NCBI GenBank assembly: GCA_036280855.1
Contig: DASUPZ010000239.1
Coordinates: 1-39,511 of the forward strand
Length of the DNA stretch: 39,511 nucleotides
Source of the DNA: Pyrinomonadaceae bacterium
GTDB lineage: Bacteria; Acidobacteriota; Blastocatellia; Pyrinomonadales; Pyrinomonadaceae
Direction of reading: 5' to 3'
The notes under the pieces are model-generated. The model searched no databases. It was not told where the DNA came from and was given only the letters and a program-made list of their open reading frames with translations. This document shows, piece by piece, positions 6,978 to 16,629 of this stretch (its first letter is position 1; every line of letters starts with the position of its first letter). Made by a program: the position numbers and the translations under genes.

Positions 6978-9146
6978 TTATCCTCTGCGGCGTGGTTTCC
7001 CTTGCCGGATAGTGATCGACTGGATAACGTCGCCGCGCACGATCCGATCAACAACCTCCATGCCGCTTACGACATGTCCAAAAACTGTATAACCGCCGTC
7101 GAGATGCGGCTGCGGCGCGTGCGTGACAAACCACTGTGAGCCGCCCGTGTCTTTGCCTGAAAGTGCCATCCCAACGGTGGCGCGGTCGTACATCACTTCG
7201 TTGATTTCGCAGCGGATCTGATAACCAGGCCCGCCGTTGCCGTCGCCGCGCGGATCGCCATCCTGAATCACGAAATTCGGCACTACTCGATGAATCGTGA
7301 CGTTCCGATAATAAGCTCGTTGTGCAAGCTGTACGAAGTTGTCCACTGTCAGAGGGGCTGCGTCGGGGAGAAGTTCCATAGTAAACGAACCCTTGCTGGT
7401 AGTCACGACCGCTCGAACGCTCCGGCCAACACGGGCGAGGGCGCGTGTGTAATCTGCGCCAGTGTTTCGCGACTGAACAGTGCCGATTTGCGAGGAAAAA
7501 TCGCCTGCGCCGTTTGCTTTCAACAGACTGGCGGCGCGTCGTCGAACAAGATAATCGCCTGATTTCAGCGCGGCTTTGATGTGCTCGTTGGCCGCCTCGC
7601 TCTTCTGTTTTCCGAGCGCGTCGAGAATCGAGAGCGCTGCGTCGTTCAACGTGTCGGTTGCTGCCCGCGGCCAGGCGGCGGCGAGGGCGCGAGTGTTTTC
7701 TTCGGACGGAGGCAGATCGCCGAGTAGATCGGCAGCCGTGCCGCGGACGATGACGTCGCTGTCGCTGAGCTGTGCGCGTGCGACTGTCGCCAGATCCTGC
7801 GGTTTGAAAGCGGCGAGGGCGCGTAGCACGTCGGGAATCGCGTATTCCGAATGAACCGCGACGAGTGTGTTGATGGTGAGTCCGGAGTTTCGGTAGTCGA
7901 GCATCGCGCGAAGAAGCGATTGCGCCGTGGCCGCGAGCTCCGATTTGTTTTTGACTGTATCCGGTAACGCTGCGATTTCACCCAAACCCGCCGCAACACC
8001 TGACGCCGCATTCCAATTGATCAGGATCGTTTCCTGCACTTTTCGCTTCGCCGCGTCGCCCGAACCAAACTCGGCGAGATAAGCTGCGGGAGCGATGCGT
8101 ACAAAAGCAGTTTCGACTTCCGGCGCCGTGTGATGGAGGCTTTCGTTTACTTTACGCAGCCAGGCGATGGCCGTTTGATCTTCTTTTTGGGCCAGGAGAC
8201 GTCCGAGTGTGGTCGCGATTTCGAGAACTTCGTTGATGTCACCTGACCCTTCCTTTGCTCCTCGTGCGGCCAGCACCTCACCATGTTTCAACAACGGTTC
8301 CGCAGCGCGCGGATCCTTCAGAGAGGCGAGCGCGCGGATGGCGCTGACTCTGACTCGGGAATCCATGTCGCCCGTCGCGAGATTCACGAGCGACTCGTAC
8401 GCGGCCTTGTCTTCAGTCACGCCAAGCACGCGTGCAGCATTGGCGCGAACGTTTGCGTCAGGATCTTTTGTCAGCAGGCTTCGGAGTTGAGTATTTCCAT
8501 CGTTGAGACGCAGGCGTGCGAGTGCGTTTGCAGCATCGGAGCGCACTCGAGGTGACGAATGAGACAAAAACTTCGCGATCACCGGGCCGGCGCCTGCCGG
8601 TCTTGCTCGCAATGTAGCTGTCAAACCGAGGAGTATCGCCTGCTGGTTTAGAGTTTCAGCTTTGAGGGCGTTGAGGATCGCGGCACCGAGTTCGCGTTGA
8701 CGCGTTTCCTGATCCCTGGGCAAGGCTCCGGCGATTTTACCGAGCGCTTCGATGGCCCTGGCCCTCAGTTCTCCTGCCGCTGACGTATTCTTCAAGACAG
8801 CAAGCAGCGCATCTGCACCTGCGGCTGATTCAACTTCGCCGATCGCAAACGCTGCCATCGAACGAACACCCGGATCATTGTCTTTTTCGAGCAAACCGGT
8901 AAGTGCAGCGATCGAATCCTCATTGCCGATCCTTCCCGCGGCGAGTGCCGCACGTTGACGGACCACAGCATTCGGGCTTGTAAAAAGATTGCGCAGATCG
9001 TCATCCCAGCGGCGCTGATCTTCAGCTTTTATGATCAGCAGGAGTGTTGCTGGTGGAACAGGCCTGGCGGTACGTCTTTGAGCAACTGCGACGGAAGACA
9101 CGCCGAGAACGCAGATTAGGCCCAGCAGTATTGTTCTGTTTGACAT
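6978..9146 (-). CDS. Secreted HEAT-repeat protein fused to a C-terminal cyclophilin-type peptidyl-prolyl isomerase
   Basis: Signal peptide (LLGLICVLGVSSVAVAQ). About 540 aa of repeated Ala/Leu-rich helical units contain DPxVR motifs (DPGVRSMAAFAIG, SPRVRSDAANALA, DANVRANAARVLG, DSRVRVSAIRALA). The C-terminal ~170 aa carry cyclophilin motifs (FHRV-like TIHRVVPNFVIQDGDP, GGSQWFVTH, VFGHVVSGMEVVD). Confidence 0.8.
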   Translation of the reverse strand: MSNRTILLGLICVLGVSSVAVAQRRTARPVPPATLLLIIKAEDQRRWDDDLRNLFTSPNAVVRQRAALAAGRIGNEDSIAALTGLLEKDNDPGVRSMAAFAIGEVESAAGADALLAVLKNTSAAGELRARAIEALGKIAGALPRDQETRQRELGAAILNALKAETLNQQAILLGLTATLRARPAGAGPVIAKFLSHSSPRVRSDAANALARLRLNDGNTQLRSLLTKDPDANVRANAARVLGVTEDKAAYESLVNLATGDMDSRVRVSAIRALASLKDPRAAEPLLKHGEVLAARGAKEGSGDINEVLEIATTLGRLLAQKEDQTAIAWLRKVNESLHHTAPEVETAFVRIAPAAYLAEFGSGDAAKRKVQETILINWNAASGVAAGLGEIAALPDTVKNKSELAATAQSLLRAMLDYRNSGLTINTLVAVHSEYAIPDVLRALAAFKPQDLATVARAQLSDSDVIVRGTAADLLGDLPPSEENTRALAAAWPRAATDTLNDAALSILDALGKQKSEAANEHIKAALKSGDYLVRRRAASLLKANGAGDFSSQIGTVQSRNTGADYTRALARVGRSVRAVVTTSKGSFTMELLPDAAPLTVDNFVQLAQRAYYRNVTIHRVVPNFVIQDGDPRGDGNGGPGYQIRCEINEVMYDRATVGMALSGKDTGGSQWFVTHAPQPHLDGGYTVFGHVVSGMEVVDRIVRGDVIQSITIRQGKPRRRG

Positions 9147-9202
9147 GTGACCTGAATCATATAACAGGATCCTGTAAATCTTCGAAATCCTGTAATCCTG
9201 TC

Positions 9203-9234
9203 AAAGAAAAAGGGTGGCCCCAGATGACCACCCC
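9203..9234 (-). terminator. Rho-independent terminator downstream of the bactofilin gene
   Basis: The minus strand reads GGGGTGGTCATCTGGGGCCACCC followed by TTTTTCTTT. The GGGTGG/CCACCC stem starts 23 nt after the stop at 9257. Confidence 0.6.
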
Positions 9235-9256
9235 TAACTCGAATCTTGAAAATCAA

Positions 9257-9883
9257 CTAGCTGACGCTGGTTGAGATTGCCGGAATATCCGCGGGCTTCG
9301 TCTGCATCCGAGACGTGTCGAGCGGCTCTTCCTTCTTCTTCGTCTTCTCGGCTGCCGATGCCATCTGGAGCATCTTGCAGGTGCCCTCAAACACGGCGCC
9401 TTGCTCGATGATCAACGACGGCGTCTGGATGTTGCCGTTGACCTTTGCGGCGCGGCCCAGTTCAAGTCGCTGAGTCGCGATGATGTCGCCGTTGATGGTG
9501 CCATGAATAACGGCTACTGCGACTTCGATATTCGCGTCAACTTTGCCATTCGCGCCAACGATGAGCGTACCGCTGGAGGAGCTGACGCGGCCCGAAAGGT
9601 GGCCGTCAACTCTCATCATGGCCTTAAAATTAGCTTCGCCGGTGACAACAGTACCGCCGCCCACGAAACCGCTGAGCGTACCTTCTTTAATATCTCGTGC
9701 CAGCGTTTCGCTCTCGGTCATTGCTCGCGAAGCGCTGGGTGCTGCCGGTTCGGGTGCCGGTTTTGCTTCAACACCCGTTCCTTGATAGGAGTAGGTCTTG
9801 GCGGTTGAGTAATCAGGAACCTCCGGTTTGTGATTCGAGTTGTCGTTTTCTTCCTGATCTTTGTTCTTTCCTATCCTGAGCAT
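9257..9883 (-). CDS. Bactofilin-family polymer-forming cytoskeletal protein
   Basis: A central beta-helical repeat region (GTVVTGEANFKAMMRVDGHLSGRVSS..GTLIVGANGKVDANIEV..IHGTINGDIIA..LELGRAAKVNGNIQTPSLIIEQGAVFEGTC) is typical of the bactofilin/DUF583 domain and is flanked by disordered tails. Confidence 0.85.
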   Translation of the reverse strand: MLRIGKNKDQEENDNSNHKPEVPDYSTAKTYSYQGTGVEAKPAPEPAAPSASRAMTESETLARDIKEGTLSGFVGGGTVVTGEANFKAMMRVDGHLSGRVSSSSGTLIVGANGKVDANIEVAVAVIHGTINGDIIATQRLELGRAAKVNGNIQTPSLIIEQGAVFEGTCKMLQMASAAEKTKKKEEPLDTSRMQTKPADIPAISTSVS

Positions 9884-10105
9884 CTTATACCTCCGTAAAT
9901 ATGGGGGCGCGGAAGTTTGTCACCGGCCGGGAACCTTGATGCAACGAAACGACGCGCTTGCCTTTTGTGGTGGATTGTTTGCTAGCTTAGACCGCTAGTA
10001 CGAATGACGCCGCCGCAGAAGCGGGCTTCCCATCATAGACAAAGTCTGCGGTGCGTGTCTAGCTTTGTAACAAATTTATAATTCGTGGCATCCTGAGACG
10101 TGATT

Positions 10106-10960
10106 ATGAAGGCTGAGAGCAGGACCAAGACCAAATTACTACGCCACGTGGGTGAGGCCATCGCCGACTTCGCCATGATCGAAGACGGCGACCGCGTAAT
10201 GGTCTGTCTTTCCGGCGGGAAAGACAGTCATACACTCCTGGACCTTTTACTCGACCTCAGGCGCCGGGCGCCCGTTAGTTTTGACCTACTTGCCGTCAAT
10301 CTGGACCAAAAACAGCCGGGATTTCCCGCTGAAGTGTTGCCCGCCTACCTGAGTAAGCTCGATGTTCCGTTTCGCATCGTCGAGCGCGACACGTATTCCA
10401 TCGTCAAACGACTTGTACCGGAGGGCAAAACTTACTGCTCCGTATGTTCGCGACTGCGCCGCGGCATTCTTTACAACATCGCCGTCGAGGAAGGCTGCAA
10501 CAAGATCGCGCTCGGGCATCACGCCGACGACATCATTACGACGCTGCTGCTGAACCTGTTTTACGTCGGTTCTTTGAAGTCGATGCCGCCGAAGCTTCGT
10601 TCAAACGACGGGCGCAACACGGTCATACGACCCCTGGCCTACTGTAGCGAGCGCGACATCGCGCAATACGCCGCGGAGGAGGAGTTTCCGATCATTCCGT
10701 GTGACCTTTGCGGTTCGCAGAGCAATCTGAAGCGCGTGCGCATAAAGAACCTGATTTCCGAACTCGAGAAGGAGATCCCTCACGTCCGTGCATCGATGCT
10801 TAATGCGCTCGGCAACGCAACGCCGTCGCATCTTCTCGATCATCAGCTCTTCGATTTCAAGTCGATGCGCAACGCTACCGGCGACGTCGAAGCCGAGCTG
10901 GACCTCGCGGTGGGCCACACTGACAACGATCTAAAACCGGCGCTGGTCTCGGTCGGATGA
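10106..10960 (+). CDS. ttcA: tRNA 2-thiocytidine(32) synthetase TtcA
   Basis: PP-loop SGGKDS ([13 protein letters not shown]), Fe-S Cys motifs [10 protein letters not shown] and CDLCGSQ, and GHHADD. Length and order match TtcA. ATG 10106; an in-frame GTG at 10100 is an alternative. Confidence 0.9.
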   Translation: MKAESRTKTKLLRHVGEAIADFAMIEDGDRVMVCLSGGKDSHTLLDLLLDLRRRAPVSFDLLAVNLDQKQPGFPAEVLPAYLSKLDVPFRIVERDTYSIVKRLVPEGKTYCSVCSRLRRGILYNIAVEEGCNKIALGHHADDIITTLLLNLFYVGSLKSMPPKLRSNDGRNTVIRPLAYCSERDIAQYAAEEEFPIIPCDLCGSQSNLKRVRIKNLISELEKEIPHVRASMLNALGNATPSHLLDHQLFDFKSMRNATGDVEAELDLAVGHTDNDLKPALVSVG

Positions 10961-10993
10961 TCTTGTTTGTGACTTTTGTGCTGTTTTGTGGCT

Positions 10994-11863
10994 ATGAAAG
11001 AACTTGATTTTAGCGGCTTCCCTCCGGGCACCATCACCGAATACACGACCCTCGTCTGTCTCGCGTGCATCTTCGACATCTTCACCAAGCAGATCGGCCT
11101 CGCGCCTCGTTCTGCATATTCAGAGATCAAACGCTACACGCCGACAGTCGAAGAGTTGACTTCACGCATAGCAGTTCGACCATTCTTCGATAGCGACGAG
11201 AAGCACCCGCGCTGCCCCTATTGCAACGCCGCGAAACGCTGGCACGCACGTCTCGACACTTACGCCATCGAAGGCGGAAAAACCACCGACGCACCACGCC
11301 GCAAGCTCGTGAAAAGTGTTGAGAAGAAAAAGGACCAGTTTGCTGTGATCGAAGTGAAGTCTGATCGTCGCAGCGCATTCTTCGACTGGCTTGACAACCT
11401 GCGGATCACGCTCGACCTGAACGAAGACTCGTGGCTTCTCGACGCTACGAAAGCTTATCTCGAACGCAAAGAACCAAAGCAAAACTGGACGGAGATCTTC
11501 GACGGACTGCGCACCGTACGTCCCTCATCGCGTGTCGCAGACGGATGGCAGCGGGACGGCGCGCGACTCTTCCTCGCACCGCCGCTCTACAACGAATGCT
11601 TACTGGTCCAGTACCTCGTGAGCCGTTCGCACGAGCACGGCGGGCGCACGCTCGAAGGGCGGCTCACGTTGCAGGAGCTGATCCGTCGCATGCGCAACAG
11701 CGGCTATCTTGCGGCGCACAGCATCTCAGCCACCGGCCAGTTCGAGATCTTCGAAAAACTCCTCGACGAAGTCGCAGGCTCCGGTAACCTCAAAGTTTAT
11801 TACTTCGTGGACCGGCGCGAATTCATCGACAAAGTAAAATCCGTCTACGCCAGCTACGCCTAA
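10994..11863 (+). CDS. Hypothetical protein (no recognisable domain; single CPYC motif)
   Basis: 289-aa ORF in tandem 34 nt after ttcA. The composition looks protein-like, ATG is at 10994, and I recognise no motif beyond HPRCPYCNAAKRWH. Confidence 0.55.
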   Translation: MKELDFSGFPPGTITEYTTLVCLACIFDIFTKQIGLAPRSAYSEIKRYTPTVEELTSRIAVRPFFDSDEKHPRCPYCNAAKRWHARLDTYAIEGGKTTDAPRRKLVKSVEKKKDQFAVIEVKSDRRSAFFDWLDNLRITLDLNEDSWLLDATKAYLERKEPKQNWTEIFDGLRTVRPSSRVADGWQRDGARLFLAPPLYNECLLVQYLVSRSHEHGGRTLEGRLTLQELIRRMRNSGYLAAHSISATGQFEIFEKLLDEVAGSGNLKVYYFVDRREFIDKVKSVYASYA

Positions 11864-11885
11864 AATCCGCGTCTTCCATCCGCGT

Positions 11886-12869
11886 TTATCCGCGTCGCGG
11901 TTTGTATTGATTAATTAATTGGACCAGGCCTTTGGTCGATTTGTGGCGGTATTTGTAATAAGTCGTGAGGTCGGGAATCACTTGTTGCAGCAACGTTTGA
12001 TACTCAGGCCGGCCGGTTGCAAGTCCTGCTGCTCGCGCGTATGCATCGATCATCGCATCGGCCACTGCGTCAAGTTTCTTGAGCGCATCGTCTTTATCCT
12101 TACCTTCAGCCATCGCTTCGTACGCTTTCATCTGCGTGATGTAATCAACATTGATCAATCTGCCAAGCAGCGCGAAGTTTGTCGGATCGTACGGCGATAA
12201 GGCGGCCGCTTTCGTTAACCGTGCTTTTGCTTCAGGACCGTTGTCTGTAGCGAGATAGAGAATCGCGGTGTACTGGTAAAGTTCGCCCAGGCTGGCTTTG
12301 TAATCAGCCCACGTTATCTCATCAAAACTCGCCGGCCTCTTGCCTGCCTCGATCAACCCGATTGCTTTCACGCCATACTGCAACGCGACGTCTGCATGCT
12401 TGCGATTTTTCTTGCGCGCTTCTTCCGCGCCCGCACGCGCCATGCGCGCGAGCACGTAAAGATCGTCAGGGTTCTTCGCGAGCATCTCGCCGGCGAGCGC
12501 GAACGCGTCGTCAGGCCGGTTGGCACTTGAATACGCCTCGAGTGCAAGTGGCCCAAGAACCTCTTTCTCCTGCTCAGACGTGAACACTGCCTGCGCTCTT
12601 TCGAAAAGCGCAAGCACGACTGTGCCGTTTTTGATCTTCATTATCTCGGCCGCGACGAGTTGGGCGATGGCGAGACGCGATTCGCTCTTTGGAAACCTGG
12701 CTATGAAGTCTTCTGCGGCTGTGAGCTTTGTGGTGGGATTCGTCGCGAGCTTGATTGCTGCGAGTGCTTCTGCTTCCGTCGGCGACTGTGCTTTCGCTGC
12801 CCCAGCAAAAACACAAAGACACAGAGTGATCATGAGTGCCTTCGTGCCTTTGTGCTTCGGCTTTGTCAT
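11886..12869 (-). CDS. Secreted all-alpha, TPR-like hypothetical protein
   Basis: Signal peptide (ALMITLCLCVFAGAAKAQS) and Ala/Leu-rich helical-repeat character. Its start ATG (12867-12869) overlaps the nadE stop (TAATG), suggesting translational coupling. Confidence 0.55.
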   Translation of the reverse strand: MTKPKHKGTKALMITLCLCVFAGAAKAQSPTEAEALAAIKLATNPTTKLTAAEDFIARFPKSESRLAIAQLVAAEIMKIKNGTVVLALFERAQAVFTSEQEKEVLGPLALEAYSSANRPDDAFALAGEMLAKNPDDLYVLARMARAGAEEARKKNRKHADVALQYGVKAIGLIEAGKRPASFDEITWADYKASLGELYQYTAILYLATDNGPEAKARLTKAAALSPYDPTNFALLGRLINVDYITQMKAYEAMAEGKDKDDALKKLDAVADAMIDAYARAAGLATGRPEYQTLLQQVIPDLTTYYKYRHKSTKGLVQLINQYKPRRG

Positions 12870-14530
12870 TAGCAGTTGAGCCGTTCGCGGCGATAGTGAT
12901 GCGTTACCGGCCGGCGTCGTCCGATGCCGATCGCGTTTCTCGAGATGATTAAGGTCGGCGGCAGTTGCCGTCGTTTGAATTCATTTGCCGGCGACTCGAC
13001 GCGGTTAAGAATGTCGAGTACGAAGGCAGGCTCGAATCCTGTTGCGACGATCTCGTTTGGAGTTGCTTTCTGTTCGAAGTACAAGCGCAACACGCGATCG
13101 AGTTGGTCGTAAGGTGGAAGCGATTGATCGTCAAACTGTCCGGGCGCGAGTTCGGCCGACGGCCGTTTCGCGACGATCGCCTGGGGAATCAGCTCTTCAC
13201 TCCGGTTGATATAATTTGCGACCGCGTAGACCTCGGTTTTCAAAACATCGCCGAGCACGGCGAGCCCGCCATTCGTGTCGCCATAGAGCGTGCAGTAGCC
13301 GAGCGCGAGTTCCGACTTATTGCCGGTTGAAAGCAGCAGGCGGCCTTCGTTGTTGGAGATCGTCATCAGGATGTTGCCGCGCAGTCTTGATTGCAGGTTC
13401 TCTGACGCGATCGATTTGTTTTCGACGGACGGCTCCGGCAAGTTCATCTGTTTAAGTAAAACTTTGTACGCGTCGGAGATGGAGTGTTCGATGACCGGCA
13501 TGCCGAGGCGGCGGCCGAGCTCGACCGAATCGTCGATGCTCGAACGCGACGAGTAAGGCGAAGGCATCATCACGCTCAACACGTTTTCCGGGCCGAGCGC
13601 TTTGCACGCGAGCGCCGCGACCACTGTTGAATCGATGCCGCCGGAGAGTCCGAGCACCGCGCGTTTGAATCCATTCTTGCTCGCGTAGTCGCGAATGCCG
13701 AGTACGAGTGCGTCGTGAATAGTTTCGATGTCGTCGCCTGGCAAACAGAACGTGTCTTCGGTGTTGCTGTTGAGATCGACAGTGCCGATGAACTCTTCGA
13801 ACGGCGGAGCCTGGAGAATGATCTTGCCGCGCGCGTCGGCGACGATGCTTGCGCCGTCGAAGATGACGCCGTCGTTACCGCCGACGAGATTGACGAAGAC
13901 GATCGGAATCTTCGCGGCTGCAGCGCGATGCGACACCATTGCGCAGCGTTGGCCCATCTTGCCTTTGTTGAAAGGCGAAGCGTTGATCGAGACGAGCAGT
14001 TCGGCGCCGAGTTCGATCAGTTCGTCGGCTGGATCGTGTGTGTAGAGGCGTTCGCGCCAGAAGGTCTTGTCGTTCCAGAAATCTTCGCACACTGCGACGC
14101 CGAGTTTGTGATCGTTAAGATGGAAGAGATGGCGTTCGGTGCCGGGTTGGAAGTAACGCGGATCGTCAAACACGTCGTATTCGGGCAGGAGTGTTTTGTC
14201 GGCGAAGCCGAGAAGTTCCTGATTGCGAATTACGGCTGCTGAGTTGAAGAGACGCCTGCCCGTCGGTTGGCCCGACGGCCGCACCGTGCCGACGATTGCC
14301 GTGATCCCTTTGGTGGCGTCGATGATCTTCTGGAGGGGTTCGAGTGCGCAGCGCTGGACGTCGCGATCGAGAAACCAGTCAAGGGACGTGTAGCCCTGAA
14401 TGCAGGTTTCGGGCAGCACGACGAGATCGGAGCGTTCCTGTTTTGCCTGTTCGATCGCGCGGATTACGCTGGCGGTATTACTGTCGAAGTCGCCGTTGGT
14501 TGTATTGATCTGGCCGATAGTGACGCGCAT
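12869..14530 (-). CDS. nadE: Glutamine-dependent NAD+ synthetase
   Basis: An N-terminal CN-hydrolase (glutaminase) domain (MRVTIGQINTTNGDF..., LVVLPE, VAVCEDFW) is followed by a C-terminal NAD synthetase PP-loop (GLSGGIDSTVVA). The start is set at ATG 14530, because the upstream in-frame extension overlaps the tRNA promoter and gene. Confidence 0.9.
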   Translation of the reverse strand: MRVTIGQINTTNGDFDSNTASVIRAIEQAKQERSDLVVLPETCIQGYTSLDWFLDRDVQRCALEPLQKIIDATKGITAIVGTVRPSGQPTGRRLFNSAAVIRNQELLGFADKTLLPEYDVFDDPRYFQPGTERHLFHLNDHKLGVAVCEDFWNDKTFWRERLYTHDPADELIELGAELLVSINASPFNKGKMGQRCAMVSHRAAAAKIPIVFVNLVGGNDGVIFDGASIVADARGKIILQAPPFEEFIGTVDLNSNTEDTFCLPGDDIETIHDALVLGIRDYASKNGFKRAVLGLSGGIDSTVVAALACKALGPENVLSVMMPSPYSSRSSIDDSVELGRRLGMPVIEHSISDAYKVLLKQMNLPEPSVENKSIASENLQSRLRGNILMTISNNEGRLLLSTGNKSELALGYCTLYGDTNGGLAVLGDVLKTEVYAVANYINRSEELIPQAIVAKRPSAELAPGQFDDQSLPPYDQLDRVLRLYFEQKATPNEIVATGFEPAFVLDILNRVESPANEFKRRQLPPTLIISRNAIGIGRRRPVTHHYRRERLNC

Positions 14531-14578
14531 CACGGGATATCGTGCACCATTCGCCTTATCAACACAATTCTGCGCGGT

Positions 14579-14608
14579 TTGAACAGAATTCTGCGCATGC
14601 GTTATATT
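14579..14608 (+). promoter_or_regulatory. Candidate sigma-70-type promoter for tRNA-Ser
   Basis: TTGAAC (14579-14584), a 17-nt spacer, then TTATAT/TATATT (14602-14608), about 18 nt upstream of the mature tRNA 5' end. Confidence 0.45.
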
Positions 14609-14625
14609 CTCTACGCCAACCTTGC

Positions 14626-14710
14626 GGAGGGGTCGCATAATGGTAGTGCAGCGGTCTTGAAAACCGCCGGCCGAAAGGCTATGCAGGTTCGAGTCCTGTC
14701 CCCTCCGCCA
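14626..14710 (+). tRNA. tRNA-Ser (anticodon UGA), class II with long variable arm, CCA encoded
   Basis: Acceptor stem GGAGGGG/CCCCTCC. Anticodon stem GCGGT/ACCGC with loop CTTGAAA (anticodon TGA). Variable stem-loop GGCC-GAAA-GGCT, T-arm GCAGG-TTCGAGT-CCTGT, discriminator G plus CCA. 85 nt. Confidence 0.85.
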
Positions 14711-14720
14711 CGATATGACG

Positions 14721-14757
14721 AAGGTCGCTGAGATTAACTCCAGCGGCCTTTTCTCTT
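14721..14757 (+). terminator. Rho-independent terminator after tRNA-Ser
   Basis: AAGGTCGCTG (14721-14730) pairs with CAGCGGCCTT (14741-14750), 10 bp with one G-U and a 10-nt loop, followed by the T-rich TTTTCTCTT. Confidence 0.55.
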
Positions 14758-15000
14758 GGTGTTAATAAGTGCAAGTCCATCCTTCAAAGAAATCCGGTTC
14801 GTAAACCCTTCAAGACGATCAACGTAGAGCTTATCAAGTCGGTTCTGTAGTGTGCTCTGTTCGTCCTCTATCGAGCAATCGCATCACGTCTAAATCGTTT
14901 CTCGTCAGCGTGGCTCTGATGCAGGGCATCGACGATCCAATCCAATTTCGGCTTGAGATGTTCCTTAAGGTTATGGAGAAGTTCTATATCGATCGCATAA
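14734..15000 (-). pseudogene. Frameshifted C-terminal remnant of a large serine recombinase
   Basis: Minus-strand frames read ...IELLHNLKEHLKPKLDWIVDALHQSHADEKRFRRDAIAR* and then, in another frame, IEDEQSTLQNRLDKLYVDRLEGF... This resembles the conserved ALxxSHxDEKR...AIxRL...LQxRxDxxYxDKLDG region of large serine recombinases (recalled from memory). No start codon and no N-terminal domains are present. Confidence 0.5.
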
Positions 15001-15043
15001 GCTAAAACTAACAACACAAACGATCAGCCTTCAGAGTCCGGAA

Positions 15044-16342
15044 TTATGCAGCGCGCGTGACGAGCACTTTGTCGATCCGGTTACCATCCATGTCCATAAT
15101 CTCAAAGCGCAGACCGTTCCACTCAAAATGATCAGTGGTTTGGGGAATGCGCCCCAAGTAGAAAAAAATGAACCCGGCGAGTGTCTGATAGTCCGCTCGT
15201 TCCTCTCCCGGCAACTTCCCGGATTTGAATATTTCCTTGAACTCATCTATCGGAAGTGCGCCATCGAACAACCAGGAACCATCCTCGCGCTGTATCGCAT
15301 AGCTCTCAAATTGCGGGTTAGCGGGAAGGATGTCTCCGACAATAGCCTCCAGAACGTCATTAGTTGTTACGAGCCCTTCTATGGAACCGTACTCGTTGAC
15401 GATGAGCGCCATGTGGGTGCCAGAACTCTTGAACACCTCAAGTACCTGTAAGGCAGAGCGCGACTCCGGCACAAAGAGAGGCACTTTGAGTACCGAATTG
15501 AGGTTTAGTTCTTCGCTGCCGAGACAATGTGCAAGCATGTCTTTCGCTTTGACCACTCCCAGGATCTGGTCCATGCTGTCGCGACAGACTGGAAACCTTG
15601 AGTAATGATTCTCAGCCACCTTTTGCCGGATCGCATTACGCGACTCGTTCACATCGAGCCAGACGATATCCAGCCGCGGAGTCATGAGAGAGCTTACGCG
15701 ACGGTCTGCCAGCTTGAAGACTCGCTCGACCATCTCCTGTTCGGCCTCTTCAAACACACCCGCCGCTGTACCCTGCTCAATAAGAACCTTGATTTCGTCC
15801 TCTGTAACGGGAGGATCAGTTGGGTGCTTAATCCGCAAAAGTGTCAGCACCGCCGAAGTCGAGACACTCAACACCGTGACAACTGGTGAAACGATCTTGG
15901 AGAGCACCTTCATTGGCTGGGCAACCAGCATGGCAATCCGCTCCGGCTGGGTTAACGCGAACCGTTTAGGGACCAACTCGCCAATGATCAGCGATAAGTA
16001 CGTGATTGCTACTACCACAATGGCCACGCCGATGGCTTCTCCGTAAGGCGCGAGCGCAGGCATCCGGCTGATCTGCTCGCCAAGCTGCTCGGCAATGGTA
16101 GCGCCGCCAAGAGCACCAGCGAGAATACCAACAAGCGTGATGCCGATTTGTATTGTTGAGAGGAACCTGTCAGGGGACAAGGCAAGTTCGAGCGCGGCAC
16201 ATGCCCTTGCATTACCAGTGGCGCACTTTTGCTGAAGCCGCGCTTTGCGGGACGACACTATGGCCAGTTCTGACATCGCGAAGACGCCGTTAGCCAGGAG
16301 CAATAGGAGGATGAAAAGAATCTCAAAAGTGATTGCCGACAT
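15044..16342 (-). CDS. CNNM/HlyC-CorC family transporter (DUF21 - CBS pair - CorC_HlyC)
   Basis: 432 aa. The N-terminal 4-TM DUF21-like region (ILFILLLLLANGVFAMSELAIVSSRKARL) is followed by a CBS-pair region and a C-terminal transporter-associated domain (...WLFDGALPIDEF...GRIPQTTDHFEWNGLRFEIMDMDGNRIDKVLV). Confidence 0.85.
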   Translation of the reverse strand: MSAITFEILFILLLLLANGVFAMSELAIVSSRKARLQQKCATGNARACAALELALSPDRFLSTIQIGITLVGILAGALGGATIAEQLGEQISRMPALAPYGEAIGVAIVVVAITYLSLIIGELVPKRFALTQPERIAMLVAQPMKVLSKIVSPVVTVLSVSTSAVLTLLRIKHPTDPPVTEDEIKVLIEQGTAAGVFEEAEQEMVERVFKLADRRVSSLMTPRLDIVWLDVNESRNAIRQKVAENHYSRFPVCRDSMDQILGVVKAKDMLAHCLGSEELNLNSVLKVPLFVPESRSALQVLEVFKSSGTHMALIVNEYGSIEGLVTTNDVLEAIVGDILPANPQFESYAIQREDGSWLFDGALPIDEFKEIFKSGKLPGEERADYQTLAGFIFFYLGRIPQTTDHFEWNGLRFEIMDMDGNRIDKVLVTRAA

Positions 16343-16629
16343 TATCCATGAACCTCCACCGGATCCCGAGCAGTAAACGGAAGATCCAAACCATACTCAA
16401 TCGCTGCATGAGAAATGAGTATTCGACCATGTAACCTGGGACTTTGTCACTGATTACCACCCTGAGAGAATGCGTGTTCCCTTTCCCACATTCTGTTATG
16501 TCGCGTCTCAGTTCGCGTTAGAAATGTGTGTTGTAACGAGGACGAGGCGGCGGATGGTGATCAGGCGGCTATGTTTAAGACTCTGAAGCCGATATGATGC
16601 TCCTGGTATTAAACCGCTTCTCGTAACCG

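Noticed and set aside
9169-9202. Three copies of ATCCTGT(A/C)A between the bactofilin terminator and the HEAT-PPIase start, and three copies of ATCCGCGT at 11865-11896.
   Set aside because: These are very short motifs that probably reflect genome-wide oligonucleotide bias or degenerate REP fragments. I could not derive a convincing promoter (-35/-10 spacing) or hairpin from them.
14531-14638. The 5' extension of the nadE ORF to 14638 (MRPLRKVGVENITHAQ...).
   Set aside because: The extension overlaps the tRNA-Ser gene and its promoter on the other strand. The conserved CN-hydrolase domain starts at MRVTIGQ (ATG 14530).
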